A stretch of 20,544 nucleotides of DNA from Candidatus Korarchaeota archaeon NZ13-K (lineage in GTDB: Archaea; Korarchaeota; Korarchaeia; Korarchaeales; Korarchaeaceae): the NCBI GenBank assembly GCA_003344655.1, contig MAIU01000017.1:1-20544 (forward strand), in the 5' to 3' direction. The notes beneath the pieces were generated by a model, which was not told the DNA's origin, did not search any database, and worked only from the letters and a program-made list of their open reading frames with translations. The translations under genes and the position numbers were made by a program. Of the stretch, positions 16,353 to 20,544 are shown one piece after another (positions within the stretch are counted from its first letter, which is position 1; every line of letters starts with the position of its first letter).

Positions 16353-16740
16353 CATATCGCGATCACCTGGGCTCTGGTTGCCCAGGACCCGTCTCTGGCG
16401 TCTCCCTTCTCAAGGTTTCACCTCATCAATCCCCGTGTTCGATGATCGGAGCTCTGAGGACCATCATAGCCCTGAGGTTCCTCCCCGCTGCGGTCATGGG
16501 CTCAATTGCACCATTGAAGGCCCTCACCGGGCATGTTGAAGTGGTGACGCTCCGGCTGAGAGAGAAGGTAGGCTGCTCATCAGGACTGACGAGTCCCTCA
16601 AGGCGCTATCGATAATGATGGGAGCCATGACCCGCTGATGTTTCAAATCGAGCGGACGATACGGTTGATGGCCAAGGCGAAGCTCCTCGAAGGCATCTCT
16701 GAGCCCTTAGAGGCTCAAGACGGGATGGGGATTTTTGTGT

Positions 16741-17727
16741 TCATCCCAAAACCTCGCGGAGGAGATCGGTCCTGAGGTTGCAGCCCGTCACCATCAAAAC
16801 GACCTTCTCCCCCTCAAGCGCGCCCCTGATCCTCATAGCGGCCGCCAGGGATGCCGCTCCGGCCGGCTCTGCCAGGATCCTCTCGCGCCTGTAAAGCTCC
16901 CTGATGGCGCGCACCATCTCACCATCGCTCACGAGGATAACATCATCTATCCTCCCCCTGAGTATCTCGAAGGGGAGCTCGTAGGCCCTGGATGTGGCCA
17001 GACCCTCCGCTATCGTATCGGCCCTTCCCGTGCTCACCAGCCTCCCGGATCTCAGGGACTGATGGAAGCTGGATGCCCCCTCGGCCTGAACGCCGATGAC
17101 CCTGATGGAGGGATCCGCGGCCTTGTAGACGATCACAGCACCGCAGGCTCCCGATCCTCCACCTATGGGGTTCAGGACGACGCTCACATCCGGAAGATCT
17201 TCAAGGACCTCCAGATGCATTGTCCCAACACCGGCAAAGAGGAGAGGTTCGTTGGCACTGTGAACGAATGTCATATCATGCTTTTTTGAGTATTCGATTG
17301 CGTAGTCGAGACTCTCATCGAACACGTTACCGTGGAACACCACCTCACCGCCCAAAGCCCTGACGGCCTCCACCTTGTTCTCGGGAACCCCATGGGGCAT
17401 GACTATGACCGACCTCAGCCCGGCCAGGGAGGCCGCGTAAGCTGCTGCCTGGGCGAAGTTCCCAGTGGAGGCGACCACTATCCCTTTCCTGATCCTGTCC
17501 CCCATCACGTTGACATAGTAGACCATTCCCCTGACCTTGAAGGCCCTCGTGGGCAGCACGCACTCATATTTCAGGTAAACATCGAATCCGAGATCGCTGG
17601 AAAGCGATTTAGAGTGCAGCAGCGGTGTCCTAGGCAGGAATCTGCTTATAACGCGCTTGGCCCTGAAGACATCCCTCAGGCTCGGGAATCGCCCGTTCTC
17701 CGGGTGAGATTTTGTTGCGTGACCCAT
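16741..17727 (-). CDS. PLP-dependent threonine/serine dehydratase-like enzyme (tryptophan synthase beta superfamily)
   Basis: PLP-lysine motif 'PTRAFKVRG', glycine-rich 'NPIGGGSGACGAVI' phosphate loop, 328 aa typical of catabolic threonine dehydratases/serine racemase-like enzymes. Confidence 0.8.
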   Translation of the reverse strand: MGHATKSHPENGRFPSLRDVFRAKRVISRFLPRTPLLHSKSLSSDLGFDVYLKYECVLPTRAFKVRGMVYYVNVMGDRIRKGIVVASTGNFAQAAAYAASLAGLRSVIVMPHGVPENKVEAVRALGGEVVFHGNVFDESLDYAIEYSKKHDMTFVHSANEPLLFAGVGTMHLEVLEDLPDVSVVLNPIGGGSGACGAVIVYKAADPSIRVIGVQAEGASSFHQSLRSGRLVSTGRADTIAEGLATSRAYELPFEILRGRIDDVILVSDGEMVRAIRELYRRERILAEPAGAASLAAAMRIRGALEGEKVVLMVTGCNLRTDLLREVLG

Positions 17728-17964
17728 GAGGGGAAGGTCCAGGCCATGAATTTAACTTTTTGGGGGCTGGGGATGGAGTCGTGGGACGTAGCCCGCTGAT
17801 CATCCATGCAGCCCCCGAGATCGTCGAGCTCACCTCCTCGCATGACATCGGATGTATGGAGCGCCTCCATGCCATTCGATCCTCCCCTCTCGGAGCTTCA
17901 TCCTATCTGTGGGACCCCTTCAGCTGCTCAGCGAGCCGCTTTAATGATCACGGCATCTCATGAG

Positions 17965-17975
17965 CTTTATAAATT
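17965..17975 (+). promoter_or_regulatory. TATA box (CTTTATAAATT) ~22 nt upstream of the probable P-type ATPase start
   Basis: This AT-rich box lies inside the first 16 nt of the listed ORF (17960..), so the true start is most likely the ATG at 17996. Confidence 0.45.
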
Positions 17976-17995
17976 CGACTGGACATCGGCTCGCA

Positions 17996-20368
17996 ATGGA
18001 AGCGGACATTGAGGAGATCCTCCGCACTCTTGGCAGTTCCCCAAGGGGACTGAGCGAGGAGGAGGCCGAGAGAAGGCTGCGGGAGCTGGGACCGAACGAG
18101 GTCACGGAGAGGAAGGAGAATCCGCTGCTCAAGTACCTGAGGAGATACTGGGGTCCGCTGCCGTGGCTCATGGAGGCCACGGCTATCCTCTCCTACCTGA
18201 CGGGCAGGGTCCTCGAGGCCGGGATCATGATCGCGCTCCTCGTGATGAACGCCACCCTGGGGCACCTCCATGCCAGGTCCAGCAGGAGAGCCATCGAGTC
18301 GTTGAGGAGGAGGCTTCGCGTGAAGGTCAGCGTCCTCCGCGATGGAAGGTGGGTCGAGAAGGATGCGAGGGAGCTCGTCCCAGGGGATGTCATCTTCCTC
18401 AGGCTGGGAAGCATGGTCCCGGCTGACTCGAGGATCATTGAGGGCGAACTGCTCGTGGATCAGTCCGCCCTCACCGGGGAGAGCCTCCCGGTGGAGAGGA
18501 GGAGGGGGGAAATTCTCTTCTCAGGCTCCTTGGTGAAGCGCGGTGAGGCTAAATGCGTCGTGGTGAGCACGGGCAGCAGGACTTACTACGGCAGGACCAT
18601 AGAGCTCGTCAAATCCGCTGATTCGAGATCCCTCCAGGAGGAGACCATCCTGACCGTCATGAGGAATATGTTCTTTCTGGGTGTGATCGGCCTCGCAATA
18701 GCTTTTGCCGTTGGGATCTACGAGGGGTGGAGATTATTTGATCTGATCAGCCTTGGCATCGTTTTCCTCATGTCCTCGGTCCCAGTCGCCCTTCCAGCCG
18801 TCCTCACGATACTCCAGGCATATGGGGCCATCGAGATGTCCAGGCGGGGGATCCTGGTCACGAGACTGGGCGCCTCGGAGGACCTGGCGGCTGTGGATGT
18901 AATGTGCTTCGACAAGACAGGGACCCTGACGCTCAACAGGCTCCGGGTCGCTCAAATAGATGCCCTGAATGTGAGCGAGGAAAAGCTTTTGGAGTACGCC
19001 TCGTGCGTTGCGAGGGAGGAGTCCCTCGATCCGCTGGAGCTAGCGATAATCGAGCGCACCCGTGGCATCGGGGTGGGGAGGCTCAGACTGCTGAAGCTCA
19101 CCCCCTTCGATCCCTCCCTAAAGAGGAGGGAGGCCACCGTGGAGGAGGACGGCAGGATGATCAGGATCGCGCTAGGGGAGCCCCACACGATCCTCGGGCT
19201 TTGCGAGCAGGGAGAGGCCGAGAGGAGGTTCCTAGAGGAGAAGCTCTCGGAAGCCTCGAGTAAGGGCCTCAGAACCCTGGCCGTTGCCGCGGGCAATGAG
19301 AACGATCCTAATCTCAGGTTCCTCGGCCTCATACACATGCTGGATCCCCCAAGACCGGAGTCAGGCGAACTCATAAGGGAGCTGAGGGATCTGGGCGTCA
19401 GGCCCATGATGCTGACCGGTGACAACGAGGCGGTGGCGCGGGAGATAGCCCGCTTGGTCGGCTTGGGAGAGAAGGTCATCTCCGTGCGGAGGATTCGGGA
19501 GGGCGTTGACATCGAGGAACTTGACGGCCTCGCGGAGGTCCTCCCCGAGGATAAGTTCGACATCGTGAGGGGGCTTCAGCAGAGAGGGCACATCGTCGCC
19601 GTGACCGGGGACGGGGTCAACGATGCCCCGGCCCTTAGTCAGGCTGATGTGGGCATCGCCGTAGAGGGCGCGACGGATGCCGCGAAGAGCGCTGCCAGCA
19701 TCGTGCTCGTCAGATCCGGGCTCTCCGTCATAGTCGATGCGGTGAGGATCAGCAGGGTGATACATGAGAGGGCCCTGACGTGGGTCGTGAACAAGATAGT
19801 GAAGATCCTGCAGACGATTGGGGTCATGCTACTGGCGATGCTCTGGATCAGGAGAATGGCACTGACCCCGCTTGACATGGCGCTTCTCCTAATTGCGAAC
19901 GACTTCCTAACGATGTCCATAGCGACTGACAACCAGACACCCTCGAAGAAGCCCGCGAGATGGGAAATGCGGAGAATTCTGGAGTTCTCCCTTCCAATGG
20001 GCCTCCTATACGTTATTCCTCCCTTGGCGGTGCTCTGGCTGGCCCTGCATCTCGGGCTGGATTGGAGCACCTCGAGGGGGATGCTACTCCTCTCCCTCAT
20101 CTACACCAGCCAGTTCAGGATCCTGCAGGCCAGGGAGAGGGGGTTCTTCTGGAGATCGAGGCCGGGCCGGGAGCTGATCCTCTCGATGCTGGGAACATCA
20201 TCCATCTTCACCCTTATGGCCCTCGCCGGTTTCATTGTCCCCAGGCTCACCTTGGGGGAGGTTTCATTGGCATTGGCCCTCTCATCTACGATCCTCCTGA
20301 CGGACCCCCTGAAGGTGGCCCTGGCGAATGGGATCATAGGCCGGGGGTTCGGGGTTCGGCTTACATAG
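17996..20368 (+). CDS. P-type ATPase, type IIIA-like (plasma-membrane H+-ATPase family)
   Basis: Phosphorylation motif 'CFDKTGTLT', hinge 'VAVTGDGVNDAPAL', 'MLTGDN', and an N-terminal 'LSEEEAERRLRELGPNEVTERKENPLLKYLRRYWGPLPWLME' resembling PMA/AHA-type pumps. ~790 aa. Start moved from 17960 to 17996 because of the TATA box. Confidence 0.85.
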   Translation: MEADIEEILRTLGSSPRGLSEEEAERRLRELGPNEVTERKENPLLKYLRRYWGPLPWLMEATAILSYLTGRVLEAGIMIALLVMNATLGHLHARSSRRAIESLRRRLRVKVSVLRDGRWVEKDARELVPGDVIFLRLGSMVPADSRIIEGELLVDQSALTGESLPVERRRGEILFSGSLVKRGEAKCVVVSTGSRTYYGRTIELVKSADSRSLQEETILTVMRNMFFLGVIGLAIAFAVGIYEGWRLFDLISLGIVFLMSSVPVALPAVLTILQAYGAIEMSRRGILVTRLGASEDLAAVDVMCFDKTGTLTLNRLRVAQIDALNVSEEKLLEYASCVAREESLDPLELAIIERTRGIGVGRLRLLKLTPFDPSLKRREATVEEDGRMIRIALGEPHTILGLCEQGEAERRFLEEKLSEASSKGLRTLAVAAGNENDPNLRFLGLIHMLDPPRPESGELIRELRDLGVRPMMLTGDNEAVAREIARLVGLGEKVISVRRIREGVDIEELDGLAEVLPEDKFDIVRGLQQRGHIVAVTGDGVNDAPALSQADVGIAVEGATDAAKSAASIVLVRSGLSVIVDAVRISRVIHERALTWVVNKIVKILQTIGVMLLAMLWIRRMALTPLDMALLLIANDFLTMSIATDNQTPSKKPARWEMRRILEFSLPMGLLYVIPPLAVLWLALHLGLDWSTSRGMLLLSLIYTSQFRILQARERGFFWRSRPGRELILSMLGTSSIFTLMALAGFIVPRLTLGEVSLALALSSTILLTDPLKVALANGIIGRGFGVRLT

Positions 20369-20391
20369 GCACTTGTAAACCTATGTAAGCC
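20358..20391. repeat. Perfect 12-bp inverted repeat (GGCTTACATAGG-N10-CCTATGTAAGCC) spanning the P-type ATPase stop codon
   Basis: Read directly from the sequence. The left arm contains the TAG stop (20366-20368). The loop is CACTTGTAAA. Confidence 0.6.
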
Positions 20392-20544
20392 TTGGTGCAC
20401 ATCAACCTCAGCCCCCTCCGGGTTCATCGGGGGCATATCATCGGTCTCGCACCCCTTCGGGGCAACCCCGCTCCTTCTCAGGATTGGAAGGATCTCCTCC
20501 CAAACCCTCATCGAAGGAGGAAATCCCCACATCCTTAGGTAAAG

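Noticed and set aside
16575-16640. Hammerhead-ribozyme-like cores: CUGACGAG on the + strand (16575-16582) and CUGAUGAG on the - strand with a GAAAC about 75 nt away
   Set aside because: The order of elements is wrong (GAAAC is 5' of CUGAUGA on the minus strand). No helix II complement (GUCCC...GGGAC) is present on the + strand. A 7-mer core is expected by chance about once per 16 kb per strand.
16640-16665. tRNA-like T-loop sequence GTTTCAAATCG
   Set aside because: It has one extra T relative to the GTTCAAATC consensus. No acceptor/D/anticodon arms can be built around it on either strand.
1-20544. CRISPR arrays, IS elements/transposases, integrases, tRNA/rRNA genes
   Set aside because: No regularly spaced direct repeats, no transposase/integrase-like ORFs and no rRNA/tRNA signatures were found on either strand.

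Overview
The window is a GC-rich (~60%) archaeal-type chromosomal segment. Evidence for archaeal origin: AGG/AGA arginine codons, short AT-rich TATA-like boxes ~25 nt upstream of start codons (leaderless mRNAs), ATGA stop/start overlaps, and no sigma70-type promoters. The left third (1-5861, + strand) is a tightly packed cassette. It contains the 3' end of an Arch_ATPase-family gene, a HerA-like hexameric ATPase, a NurA-like nuclease, a 240-aa unknown protein with winged-helix-like segments, and a 592-aa AAA+ ATPase whose C-terminal part shows a PD-(D/E)xK-like 'D...EIK' motif. No Mre11/Rad50 genes accompany the HerA-NurA pair. I consider this a candidate undescribed multi-ATPase/nuclease DNA-processing or defence module. 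The remainder is mostly housekeeping/transport: an MFS transporter, a ferritin-like/encapsulin fusion shell protein, a NitT/TauT-type ABC importer (fused double permease, ATPase, stand-alone small C-terminal-associated protein), an ABC-2 exporter (ATPase plus two permeases), a 3-methyladenine DNA glycosylase (Mpg), a 56-aa winged-helix protein missing from the ORF track, an Lrp/AsnC regulator with an unusual cysteine-rich C-terminal tail, a TauE/SafE membrane protein, a threonine-dehydratase-like PLP enzyme and a P3A-type (plasma-membrane H+-ATPase-like) P-type ATPase. Unexplained non-coding features are a 160-bp AT-rich island, a 430-bp ORF-poor gap between convergent genes flanked by terminator-like hairpins/T-tracts, and a perfect 12-bp inverted repeat spanning the P-type ATPase stop codon. 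No rRNA, tRNA, CRISPR array or recognisable transposase was found.
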